A DNA stretch of 64,000 nucleotides from Gaiellales bacterium (GCA_003599855.1 QZKG01000029.1:12078-76077); one strand, 5' to 3'; positions 26,646 to 36,400 are shown, numbered from the stretch's first letter. Numbers and translations are program-made. The notes: generated by a model from the letters alone, not told the origin.

Positions 26646-28271
26646 TCAGGCGTCACGCTGGTAACGTTTCATGACTAGCAAGGGGTCAGCGAAAACTTCC
26701 ACCGGTCGCCAGCCGGCCTCCATTAGCGCCTGCTCCACCAGCGGGACCTCTGGATAATGGTTCACCGCCCCGGTGCCGGAGATGTACCAGAAACGGTCCC
26801 TTCCCTCCAGCTCCTCGTCCAGGCGCTGCCGGATCTCGTCGCCCTCGAGGCCGTAGAGCTCCCCGTTGAACAGGTAGCTGGCCCGGTAGCCGTGCCAGGT
26901 CACTCCCGGCGGCCCGAAATAGACGATCTCCGGCGTGACAAGATTGATGAAGCCCCCGTAGATGTAGCGATCGCTGTCCAGGTAGAAGTCGGCGGCCACG
27001 ACGCAGTTGTGCTCCGGGAAGCAGAGGACCATGTCACCTGGCTGGCTCTCGGCCTCCAGCGTATGCATCAGGCTGCGCCAATCCTCATTGTGGCTGATGG
27101 AGAGGTCGTAGATGGTTGCGAAGAGCAACCCGGCTACGGCTACGCTGCCTGCTGCTGCCCCCACTTTTCGGGGCGCTGCAGCCACAACGGCTGCCAGCAG
27201 GATGAGAAGGGGCGGGGCGGCCCAGGCGTAATAGCGTCCGGTGGCGGCGGCGTCCCTGAGCAGCAGAAACGCGATCGGGCCGGTTAGCAGGACAGTGGTG
27301 AAGAGGGCGAGCGCGGTGATCCTTCGCGTGAGTATTGCCTGACGCACCCGCGAGCTCGCAAAGGGGATCGCCAATAAGATAAACGTGAAGACCAGGAGCG
27401 TGAGCTTGTTCGTGGACAGGAAAGGGACCGCGGCGGGGGAGTCCAGGGGCTGGTCGGTGTAGCCGATCAGCAGTATGTATACCGCGTTGCCCGTGCCCCT
27501 GAGGAATTTGCCCGCGGTTTGAAGCGAGAACGGGTCGGCGGTATCCAGCGGCCGGCCAAGGCTCTTGCCCGTCGACAGCATCAGCACAAGCGCCGGTAGC
27601 AGCAGCGCCTGGCAGGCGAGCCAGGGCTTAAGGCCGCTGCCCCGCTTGCCTCTGATCAACAAGAAGAAAACCGCTTCCGCCACGAGCAGCACTCCGGATG
27701 TCAGGTGGGAGAATACAGCTATGGCAGTGACGGCTGTGTAGGCGCCCCAGTTGCCCCAGCCGCCGCGCAGGCTGGCGCGGGCCAGCAGCCAAAGGGATGC
27801 CAGGGAGACAACGATGACCCAGGAGTAGGAAGTGGCGTCGCGTGAATACCAGACAAGGAGAGGGGAGACAGCCGTGAACGCCGCCGCCCACATGCCCGCC
27901 CGGCGCGCGAACAACTCCTTTGCCGCCTGGTATGCCAGGAGCACGGTGGCAGTCCCCACGAGGGCGGAAAGGGCACGCACCTGGAACTCGCCGTGGCCGA
28001 TATAATCCCAGAAGTAACCGATCACGTTGAACGCTGGAGGGTGCTCAGAGGCGAAGATCTCGGGCAGCAGCTCCCCTAGCGGGAACTTCCTTGCCCACAC
28101 CACGTAAAGCTCGTCGTACCAGAGGCTTTCCCGGCCCAGGGTGAAGAAGCGCAGGGCGGCCGCCACGCACGTCAGCAGTATGAGGTCTGCGTTTCGGGTC
28201 AGCCAGCCGCGGCCGGACCAGGCCCTGGGTGTGCCTGTATCGTCATCGTCCATGCCTGTAAATGATACCAC
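26646..28271 (-). CDS. GT-C fold membrane glycosyltransferase, paralogue 4
   Basis: LWYDELYVVWARKFPL...SEHPPAFN and SPLLVWYSRDATSYSWVI. Confidence 0.85.
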   Translation of the reverse strand: MVSFTGMDDDDTGTPRAWSGRGWLTRNADLILLTCVAAALRFFTLGRESLWYDELYVVWARKFPLGELLPEIFASEHPPAFNVIGYFWDYIGHGEFQVRALSALVGTATVLLAYQAAKELFARRAGMWAAAFTAVSPLLVWYSRDATSYSWVIVVSLASLWLLARASLRGGWGNWGAYTAVTAIAVFSHLTSGVLLVAEAVFFLLIRGKRGSGLKPWLACQALLLPALVLMLSTGKSLGRPLDTADPFSLQTAGKFLRGTGNAVYILLIGYTDQPLDSPAAVPFLSTNKLTLLVFTFILLAIPFASSRVRQAILTRRITALALFTTVLLTGPIAFLLLRDAAATGRYYAWAAPPLLILLAAVVAAAPRKVGAAAGSVAVAGLLFATIYDLSISHNEDWRSLMHTLEAESQPGDMVLCFPEHNCVVAADFYLDSDRYIYGGFINLVTPEIVYFGPPGVTWHGYRASYLFNGELYGLEGDEIRQRLDEELEGRDRFWYISGTGAVNHYPEVPLVEQALMEAGWRPVEVFADPLLVMKRYQRDA

Positions 28272-28353
28272 AGGTATACCGTCCGGTTCCGAGACAGACC
28301 TGGCCCGAACCCGTACCGCCTGCGGCAGTTGCTATACTTGGGGGCAGACAACG

Positions 28354-29607
28354 ATGGACAGCGGCGACGACAAATCCTTCCTGCACGAGCACCGCGAAGC
28401 AGTATTCAGGTGCGTCAAGTGCGGCGCCTGCCAGGCAGTCTGCCCGACATATCAGGCCACCGGCGACGAGGCCCAGGTGGCCCGCGGGCGGCTCAGCCTG
28501 CTGGAGGCGGTCCTGGACGGCCGGCTGGGGATCACCAGGGGCCTCGACGAACGCATCTCGAAATGCCTCGGCTGCATGGCCTGCGAACGAATCTGCCCCA
28601 GCGGCTTACAGATTCATGACATCTTCCTTGCCGCTCGCTCCGGCATGACCGCCGCCCGCGACAGCCACAGACTGACGCGACAGGCTGTCAGGAGCGCCGC
28701 CAGGGGGTCGGCAAGCCCGTCGAGCGTAATCCGTACCGCCGGGATCGTAGGCGAAGCAGTCTATAACATCCTGCCCGGCAGCCGCCTGGCCCCATGGTGG
28801 CGAGACGGCCGCAAGAGATCGCTGCCGCCGCTTGGCCGCAAGACGTTTACCGACATCGCCGGCGACGAGACAAGCTTGTCCGGCGCCCGGCGCCGGGTCG
28901 CCCTCTTCCCCGGCTGCGCTACGAACCTCGTCTACCCCGGGACGGGACTGGCTGCGGTCAAGCTGCTGGCAGAAGCCGGCATAGAGGTCGCGCACCCGCG
29001 GACCCTCCAGTGCTGCGGCTTGCCGTTCCTCTCCCTGGGAGATCGCGAGTCAGCCCGTGCCGCGGCCGAGGAAAACCTCTCCCTCCTCACCGGGCTGGGC
29101 GCCGACACCATCGTCACAGTCTGCTCCTCCTGCGCCCTCATGCTCAAGGCACTGCTGCCCAGGCTGTTGGGAGAGGAGCGTGAAGACGCCGCCGCCCTCG
29201 CGGCGTCGGTCAGGGATATCCACGAACTGCTTGCCGGCGGGGAACTGGGGGCCGCCGGCCCGCAGCCAGCCGCCAGGGTGACCTGGCACGACCCCTGCCA
29301 CATGCGCCACGGCCTGGGCATGTCCGCGGCGCCCCGGGATATACTCGCCGGCCTGGGGGGAATAGAATACATCGAGACCGGAGCCGGATGCTGCGGCGGG
29401 GCAGGCGCTTTCAGCTTCCTGCACTACGACCTGGCGCTCAAGATAGGCCGGCCGCGGGCCGAAGAGATAGCCGCCGCCGGCGTGGACTTCGTCGCCACCG
29501 GGTGCCCCGGCTGCCGCACACACCTGACAGACGTCCTGCGGCGCGCCGGCTCGGATGCACGGGTCGTCCATACAGCCGAGCTGGTAGCCGGCCTGGTTGA
29601 GCCGTGA
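28354..29607 (+). CDS. GlcF/HdrD-like (Fe-S)-binding protein with two CCG domains
   Basis: Internal ATG 28354. CVKCGACQAVCP and CLGCMACERICP ferredoxin-type motifs, followed by two Cys-rich CCG-type regions (QCCG, GCCGG). Confidence 0.85.
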   Translation: MDSGDDKSFLHEHREAVFRCVKCGACQAVCPTYQATGDEAQVARGRLSLLEAVLDGRLGITRGLDERISKCLGCMACERICPSGLQIHDIFLAARSGMTAARDSHRLTRQAVRSAARGSASPSSVIRTAGIVGEAVYNILPGSRLAPWWRDGRKRSLPPLGRKTFTDIAGDETSLSGARRRVALFPGCATNLVYPGTGLAAVKLLAEAGIEVAHPRTLQCCGLPFLSLGDRESARAAAEENLSLLTGLGADTIVTVCSSCALMLKALLPRLLGEEREDAAALAASVRDIHELLAGGELGAAGPQPAARVTWHDPCHMRHGLGMSAAPRDILAGLGGIEYIETGAGCCGGAGAFSFLHYDLALKIGRPRAEEIAAAGVDFVATGCPGCRTHLTDVLRRAGSDARVVHTAELVAGLVEP

Positions 29608-29638
29608 GTACTTGCGTGTCATCAAGCTGGAGGGACCA

Positions 29639-30199
29639 ATGCAGGATTACATCTTCGATGAGTTCAGGCAGGTCGGCGAGGACCTTGTCCGGCTGCGCCT
29701 GACCAGCTCCCACGGCGGCAACATGAGCATCCGCCATCAGGGGCGCATCATCATCACCACCCATTTCGCCATGCTCGGAAGGCTGCAGCCCGACGACCTC
29801 GCCGAGATGCCCCTGCGGGAAGCGCCCGACCGCCTGCTCAGCGAAGCGTCCAAAGACACGGACCTGCACCAGCAGTTCTACCGGTTCACCCCTGCCGGCG
29901 CCGTGATACACGCCCACCCGGCCCACGCGGTAGCCCTTTCCCTGGACAGCGATGTCATCGCCCCCAGGGATCTTGAGGGCGCGGTATTCCTGCGGGAGAT
30001 TCCCGTGGTCCTTCCGGAAGAGGTGATGGAACAAGCGCCCCAGCTGCTGCAGACCCACACCGGGATCATCGTCCGCGGCCACGGCAGCTACGTGGTCGGG
30101 CGGACGCTGACGGAAGCTCTGGCATACACCTCGGCGCTCGGATTCACCTGCGAGGTTGCCTGCCTCCACCGGTCCCTTCATCAAGAGATGGGACAGTAA
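29639..30199 (+). CDS. class II aldolase/adducin-domain protein
   Basis: ATG 29639 after GGAGGGA. 186 aa with SSHGGNMS and HAHPAHAV metal-ligand regions typical of the family. Confidence 0.8.
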   Translation: MQDYIFDEFRQVGEDLVRLRLTSSHGGNMSIRHQGRIIITTHFAMLGRLQPDDLAEMPLREAPDRLLSEASKDTDLHQQFYRFTPAGAVIHAHPAHAVALSLDSDVIAPRDLEGAVFLREIPVVLPEEVMEQAPQLLQTHTGIIVRGHGSYVVGRTLTEALAYTSALGFTCEVACLHRSLHQEMGQ

Positions 30200-30212
30200 C
30201 TGGTAAAAACGG

Positions 30213-30218
30213 TATGAT
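30213..30218 (+). promoter_or_regulatory. -10 box TATGAT placed for a leaderless TauE/SafE transcript
   Basis: TATGAT, then 5 nt, then ATG 30224. No SD. Confidence 0.35.
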
Positions 30219-30223
30219 GCAGC

Positions 30224-31072
30224 ATGCGCCCGGCCGTGCTTCCACCGGCTGGCGCATTGTCAACGACCATCACTGCTATGACTGCTGAACTGGCGATCAT
30301 CCTGCTGGCGCTGGGTCTTGCCGGAGGCTTCTTCTCCGGCTGGCTGGGCATCGGCGGCGGCATCATCATGGCGCCACTCCTGCTCTACGTCCCCTCCTGG
30401 CTGGGCGCCGGGGCACTGGACATGAAGACAGTGGCAGGCCTGACCATGGTGCAGAGCCTCTTTGCCACCGGCTCGGGCGTGATCGTCCACCATCGGTTCA
30501 GGTTCGTCAGCAAACCCCTCGTCGCCTGGATGGGCGGCTGCATCGCGGTCACTTCCTTCGCCGGAGCGCTCCTGTCACGCAACGTGTCCGCCGACCTCCT
30601 GTTGGGCATATTCGCGGCCCTGGCAGCAATCGCTGCCGCCAGCATGTTCATCCCCTTGAAGGAAGGCCCCAGGGATGCCGCTGCCGACGAGATCGATTTC
30701 AACCGCGGCCTGGCTGCCGGCTTTGCCCTCGCCCTGGGGTTCACGGGCGGCCTCGTCGGCCAGTCGGGCGCCTTCATCATCATCCCTTTCCTGCTCTACG
30801 TGCTGCGGCTGCCGCTGAGGGTGGCCCTGGGCAGCTCCCTGGGCATAGTCCTGCTGGCAGCCATGACCGGGACCGCCGGCAAGATAATGGCGGGTCAGGT
30901 GGACTACTCGATGGCGCTCTTCTGCGTCGCCGGCGCCCTCGCCGGCGCCCAGGCGGGCGGCTACCTTTCCCGGCGCACCGCCAAGGGGATGCTGCGCCTG
31001 GTACTCGCCCTGCTGATACTCGCCTCGGCCTTGCGCATGGTCGCTGACCTGGTCATGCACACAGGGGACTGA
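30224..31072 (+). CDS. TauE/SafE (TSUP) family anion permease
   Basis: 282 aa, about 8 TM. GGFFSGWLGIGGG and a second GG-rich repeat typical of TSUP. Alternative start ATG 30278. Confidence 0.85.
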   Translation: MRPAVLPPAGALSTTITAMTAELAIILLALGLAGGFFSGWLGIGGGIIMAPLLLYVPSWLGAGALDMKTVAGLTMVQSLFATGSGVIVHHRFRFVSKPLVAWMGGCIAVTSFAGALLSRNVSADLLLGIFAALAAIAAASMFIPLKEGPRDAAADEIDFNRGLAAGFALALGFTGGLVGQSGAFIIIPFLLYVLRLPLRVALGSSLGIVLLAAMTGTAGKIMAGQVDYSMALFCVAGALAGAQAGGYLSRRTAKGMLRLVLALLILASALRMVADLVMHTGD

Positions 31073-31142
31073 CGCCGCGCCTTGCCCCCATGCCGGGTGA
31101 TGATAGAATCGTCTGAGTTGTAAACCGGAGGAGGTGAGCGCC

Positions 31143-32204
31143 ATGAACGGAGGAGAGGAGATCCGCCTGACCCGGCTGGCCCATGGAGCCGGCTGAGCCT
31201 GCAAGGTGAGTCCGTCGGACTTGCAAACAGTGCTGGAGCAGCTGCCTCCGGTGACCGACCCGCATGTGCTCGTCGGGACCAACACCGGTGACGACTGCGC
31301 TGTCTACCGCATCGATGACAACCTGGCCATCATCCAGACCGTGGATTATTTCACCCCGGTGGTGGATGACCCCTACGATTTCGGCGCCATCGCCGCGGCC
31401 AACTCCCTCAGCGACATCTACGCCATGGGGGCCGAGCCCTCGTTCGCTCTCAACGTCGCTGGTTTCCACACCCGCGAACTGTCGCTGGACATCCTGGTGC
31501 AGATCCTTAAGGGGGGCGCCGACAAGGCGGCCGAGGCAGGCATCCAGATAATCGGCGGCCACACGATCGACGACAAGGAACCGAAGTACGGACTGGCGGT
31601 GACAGGCATCATCGACCCGGCGAAGGTGATCACGAACTCCGGCGCCCGGGCCGGCGACGTGCTCATCCTGACCAAGCCGCTGGGCAGCGGCATCATAACC
31701 ACGGCGATAAAACGGGGGCTGGCCGGCGAGGCTGCCATCGCCCGCGCCACCGAGGTAATGGGTACGCTCAACAAGGCAACTGCCGAGGTCATGGTCGCTG
31801 TCGGCGTCAACGCCTGCACCGACGTCACCGGTTATGGACTGCTGGGGCACCTGGGGGAGATGACCCGCGCCAGCGGTGTCGGCGCCCGCATCCATTCCCG
31901 GGCGGTGCCTGTGATCCAGGCAGCCAGGGACCTGATTGACACAGACATCGATATCGTCCCCGGCGGCTCCCGGAACAATCTCAGATATGTCGAGCGGTTC
32001 GTCAATTTCGACCCCGGCCTGACCGCGGCTGAAAGACTGGTTCTGGCGGATGCCCAGACATCCGGCGGCCTGCTGATCTCCTGCCCGGCGGAGAAAGCCG
32101 ACGAGCTGGAAGCGTCGCTCGCGGACGCCGGCGCCCTCGTCCATGCCCGGATCGGGGTGATGGAAGCCGAGGACGACACCGGCCGCATCGACGTGGAGCC
32201 ATAG
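31143..32204 (+). CDS. selD: selenide, water dikinase SelD with in-frame UGA (selenocysteine) at 31194-31196
   Basis: ATG 31143 after GGAGGAGG reads MNGGEEIRLTRLAHGAG-U-ACKVSPSDL. This aligns with E. coli SelD IRLTQYSHGAGCGCKISP, with the TGA at the Cys17 position. The rest is the ORF-track protein 31206..32204 (DDCAVY, DYFTPVVDDPYDFG, GGHTID). Confidence 0.9.
31200..31225 (+). promoter_or_regulatory. candidate SECIS hairpin downstream of the selD UGA
   Basis: UGCAA-GGUGA(bulge)-GUCC-guc-GGAC-UUGCA starts 4 nt after the UGA. The apical region contains GU. Confidence 0.5.
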
Positions 32205-32208
32205 GGCC

Positions 32209-33321
32209 TCACTCCTTCTTTGGCCCCGCTTTGCCCCTGCCGGCCGCCCGCTCCATGGCCGCGTCGAACTCCGGCGCCCGTATCAGCCAGTCATGCCGGG
32301 CCGCCATCTTCGCTGCTGCTTCCGGGCGCAGCGTGTCCGGCTCAGCCAGCAGCCGGGACAACCGCTCTACAAGCTCCTTCTCGCTGCCGTAGAGGAACTG
32401 CGGCCCCGCCAGGGCTGGATAGTTGAGCCGGTCCGGCAGCAGGGGATGGCAGCCGCAGTGCATCGCCTCGACACAGGACATGCCGAAGAACTCGTGCAGG
32501 GCGGTGGAGACCACGATGTGGCTCGTCCACAGCAGGCGTGCGTAATCACCGAAGCCAGGCGCGTAGCCATAGTGCACCAACTGCTCAGCGAACTCATCCC
32601 GGGCGGCCAGGAACTCCTCCGGCTCCTGCCTGGTGTTCATCCCCGCCAGCGCCAGCTCGAACCGGACCCCCCGCCGCCTGACCGCCGCCAGGGCCCGGAA
32701 AAAGCCTGCCGGATTCTTGTCATACTCCCAGCGATGGTTCCAGAGCACGCGCGGTACCGTTCCCCGCTGGGCACGGTGCCCGTCAAGGGCGTTCAGGTCC
32801 ACGCCCGGTTCGAGCACCCGACTGTTCTCAAAAGCCGCGGGGACACCCTCGAGATCCTGGTAGTCCGGGAAGTGCTTCAACAGGCGGGGCAGCTCATCGA
32901 AGAACTCATCCCGGTGATATTCAGAGTTGAACCAGGACTCGTCTGCCGCGACCATGCTGGACCAGTTGATGCAGGCATAGGTCAGGTCGCGCTTCTGGTA
33001 GGGCGGCATGGGGTAGGTGGCCTGGTTCTCGTGGAAGTAGATGACGGCGGGGGTGCGGCTGAAGCGGGAGCGCGCGAGGGAGAGGAACACGGGCAGGTTG
33101 AGCATGTCCGTGGCCAGGATGAGGTCGAACCCCCCCTCCAGCTCGAGCGCCTGGCGTGCCAACGTTACGGCGCCCCCGTGCATGCGCCACTTCCAGTAGC
33201 GCGCGGGCAGGCTGAGGATGGTCAGCCGGTGGCGGCTGTGACGCTTGAGCCCTTCAAGGAAGAAGCGATGGGAGCCGCCGAAATAGGGCTCCAGGGCGAG
33301 TACGCGCAAGGGTTCCGGCAC
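32209..33321 (-). CDS. DUF3524-containing GT4 glycosyltransferase, homologue of eukaryotic GTDC1 (tRNA-queuosine mannosyltransferase)
   Basis: 370 aa. GTG start after AAGGAGGAAGG. Blocks shared with human GTDC1 as I recall it: EPYFGGSH, YFHENQ.TYP, LWNHRWEYDKNP, HEFFG...EA.HCGC.PL.P..L.YP. Confidence 0.8.
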   Translation of the reverse strand: MPEPLRVLALEPYFGGSHRFFLEGLKRHSRHRLTILSLPARYWKWRMHGGAVTLARQALELEGGFDLILATDMLNLPVFLSLARSRFSRTPAVIYFHENQATYPMPPYQKRDLTYACINWSSMVAADESWFNSEYHRDEFFDELPRLLKHFPDYQDLEGVPAAFENSRVLEPGVDLNALDGHRAQRGTVPRVLWNHRWEYDKNPAGFFRALAAVRRRGVRFELALAGMNTRQEPEEFLAARDEFAEQLVHYGYAPGFGDYARLLWTSHIVVSTALHEFFGMSCVEAMHCGCHPLLPDRLNYPALAGPQFLYGSEKELVERLSRLLAEPDTLRPEAAAKMAARHDWLIRAPEFDAAMERAAGRGKAGPKKE

Positions 33322-33440
33322 CGCCTTCCTCCTTACCGGCTCCAGCAGATCAGGGACCCTTTCAGTCTATCGCGAGACACGGCTTCGCCGCTATGGGGTT
33401 GGGATCTTTCTGCCTCCGGCAGCAGCCGGGGCAGTCGCTC

Positions 33441-36400
33441 CTAGGCGGCCTTGCGGCGGCCGCGCAGCATCTTCTGGAGCTCTTCTTCCAGGGCCTGAAG
33501 ACTGAAGGGCTTGACCAAAGATGGGTTGCCGATCTCCTCGAGGTACTTGCGCGTTTCCTCGTTAACCGTATCTCCCGAGATGAAGATGAAGCAGGCGGCG
33601 ACGTCGGGGTTGACGCTCTTGACCGCCAGGTGCAGGTCGGCGCCGTTCATCACCGGCATCTTGATGTCGCTTATGACGCAATCGTAATCATTGGTTCCGA
33701 TGAGCTTCAGTGCATCATCTCCGTTGCCGGCCACATCCACTTCGTGGCCGACGCGCCGCAGCGTCTCGGCAAGGACCTCCCTCACCGACTGCTCGTCATC
33801 CACCAGCAGCACCCTGCCGGAAACGGGCGCCGCCACGCCTTCTGCCGGGCCGAGCATGCCGCTTTCCACCGTCCCCACCGGCAGCTCGACGACGAAGCGC
33901 GCTCCAGCGCCCGAGGGAGCCCCCTCGGCCCAGATGCTCCCCTGGTGCTCCTCCACGATGCCGTAGCAGACGCTCAGGCCCAGGCCGGTCCCCTTGCCGA
34001 CATCCTTGGTCGTGAAGAACGGGTCAAAGAGTCTGTTCCTTATCTCCGCGGGAATACCGGGGCCGCTGTCAGTGAAAGCGATGCGCACGATGCCTGAGTC
34101 CGCCGATGAGGAGATCTCGAGAGTGCCGGCCTTACCCTGCTCATGGATGGCCTGCTCGGCATTGGTGATCAGGTTGAGGAAGACCTGCTGCAGCTGGTAG
34201 CGGTCGGCGGCGATCTCCGGCAGGTCGCTGTCCAGGTCCGTGCGCAAGGTGACATTGTTTACCTTGAGGTCGTACCCCTTAAGCCCGACGCAATCCCTGA
34301 TCACTTCGTTGATGTTCACCGGCTGCCGCTCCGGCTGGTGTTTGCGGGCGAAAGAAAGGAGCTGGCGCACGATGCGGGTGGCGCGGTCAGCCTCGTGGGC
34401 TATCGCCTCGGCGTCCTTCTTGGTCTTTTCATCGATATCGTCACGCATCATCAGGAGCTGGGCGTAGCCCGTTATCCCTGTCAGAGGGTTGTTTATCTCG
34501 TGGGCCACCCCGGAGACGAGCTGCCCCACGGCCACCATCTTCTCCGAGGTCATCATCCGCTGGCGCATCTGCTTGGACTCGGTGATGTCACGCAAGAAGT
34601 GAACGCCACCGGTGAAGGATCCCTGGTTATCGAAAATGGGGTCTATCGCCACCTCGAAGATGCGCCCGTTCGCCGGGCCCGATTCGAACTTGACGGTTTC
34701 CATCCCCGGGGAGGAATGGGCCAGGGCGCAGGCGTCGTCCTGGCAGATGATGCCGTGGAAGCGCGCACGGCAGGGCTCCCCGGTGAAATCCTTGACGCTG
34801 CCGCCCAGCATCCTCGCCGCTGAGCGGTTGAGCCTGACGATCCGGTGCTCGCTGTCGACGACCACGATGCCCTCTGCCACGGCATCGAAAGTCGTCTCCC
34901 ACTCCGCCTTTGCTGCCGCAACGTGGCGGAAAAGCTCCTGGTTGGCAAGGGTCAGGGCCAGCTGATCGACTATCGGCCGGAGTTCCCGGACCACCCCGTC
35001 ATCGATGTGACCCTTCTCCAGGCTGCAGAGATTGAGGGTGCCGATCACCCTGTTCTTGACGATAAGTGGCAGGTTGGCGCATGAGCGCACCCCGGTCCCG
35101 GCAAGCATCTCGTCCCAGCTGAAGCGCATTTCGTCGAGCAGATCGTCCCGCAGGACTGGCTCCTTGTGCTCCACTATCCACTCCAGGACAGAGCCGGGGA
35201 GGGGGAAACGGTCGCCCCTTTCCAGGGGGGCGCCTTTCTCGGCAACTATGGCTTCGATGCGGGCATAGTTCTCATCCAGCAGGGTAACGCTCAAGCGGTC
35301 GTAATCTGCCAGCTTGCGCACCTCTTGGGCGAAGGTGTCGAACACGTCCTCGAACATCAGGCTCGACGTCAGGGTGGAGACGATGCGGTTGCGAGCCAGC
35401 ATCTGCTCGGAATAGCGCACCCTTTCCTCGTAGAGCATCGCGTTGCGCGCTGCGATCGACATCTGCGCTGCCATGAGCCGGAGCAGGCGCAGGTCATCCT
35501 CGCTGAAGGCGTCGAACTGTTTCTTCGCCAGGCAGAGGACTCCCAGGACGCTCCCGGCTTCGGCCTTGAGCGGTACGATCGCGGCCGAGCGCATGCCGGT
35601 GCCGACGAGCGATGCAGGGCAGCGCCGCAAGCGCCGCAGGTCGCTGAAGACGATCGCCTCACCAGACTCCAGGACCCCGATCGGGGCTGTTCTGCGGTCA
35701 AGGAACATCAGGTCTTCCGGCGCGTCGGAGTCAAAGCCCTCGACTGCGGACAGCCTCAGCCGGCCCTCCCCCTCCTCATCCAGAAGGAAGACGGCGACGG
35801 CGTCAAAGCGTCCGCCCTTGTATATCTTCCCGACCCCGGCCTTCAGGGTGTCCTCCAGGTCCAGGGTGCCGGTCACAGCCGAGGTCAGGCCCTGCAGCTC
35901 CTCCAGTTCGGCGCTGTGCTTTTCAAGCTTCTTCTTGGTGTCGTGGATCTCTGTGATGTCATGCAGGACCACCGAGCGGCCTACCTGCTGCCCCTCGTCG
36001 TCCAGCACCGGGATGATCCCGCAGCTGAACCGTCGGCCTTCCAGGGTGAGCTCGGCCTGGCGCACTGCGTTCGCCTGGAAGACGTCACAGCGCTCGCAGG
36101 CGTCACGCTTCTGACGGAAGGTCCCCTGGATCTGGTTGTGGCAATACGTGCCGCACTGCAGCCAGCAACGCAGGTCGTCGCTCTCGTAAGAGGGGCATTC
36201 GGGGTGGGTGCACTGTTTCACTTCCCAGCATTTGCGCATCTCCGGCGGCGTGATGGACGGCAGGCTGATGAGCTCCTGCAGCGCAGGCACTCCGACCTCC
36301 TTACCGCCCTCGAGCTCGATTGCCGTCCTGCCCAGGGCTTTTTCTGCGGCCGGGTTGAGGGAAGCGATCACGCCGGCGTTATCCAGGACTATGATGCCGT

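Noticed and set aside
28141-28353. N-terminal extension of the GlcF-like ORF
   Set aside because: The extension is antisense to the 5' end of GT-C paralogue 4 and is Ser/Arg/Pro-rich. The family N-terminus matches ATG 28354.
31053-33444. 363-aa minus-strand and 383-aa plus-strand ORFs over selD and the GTDC1-like gene
   Set aside because: Shadow ORFs opposite genes with strong family motifs.
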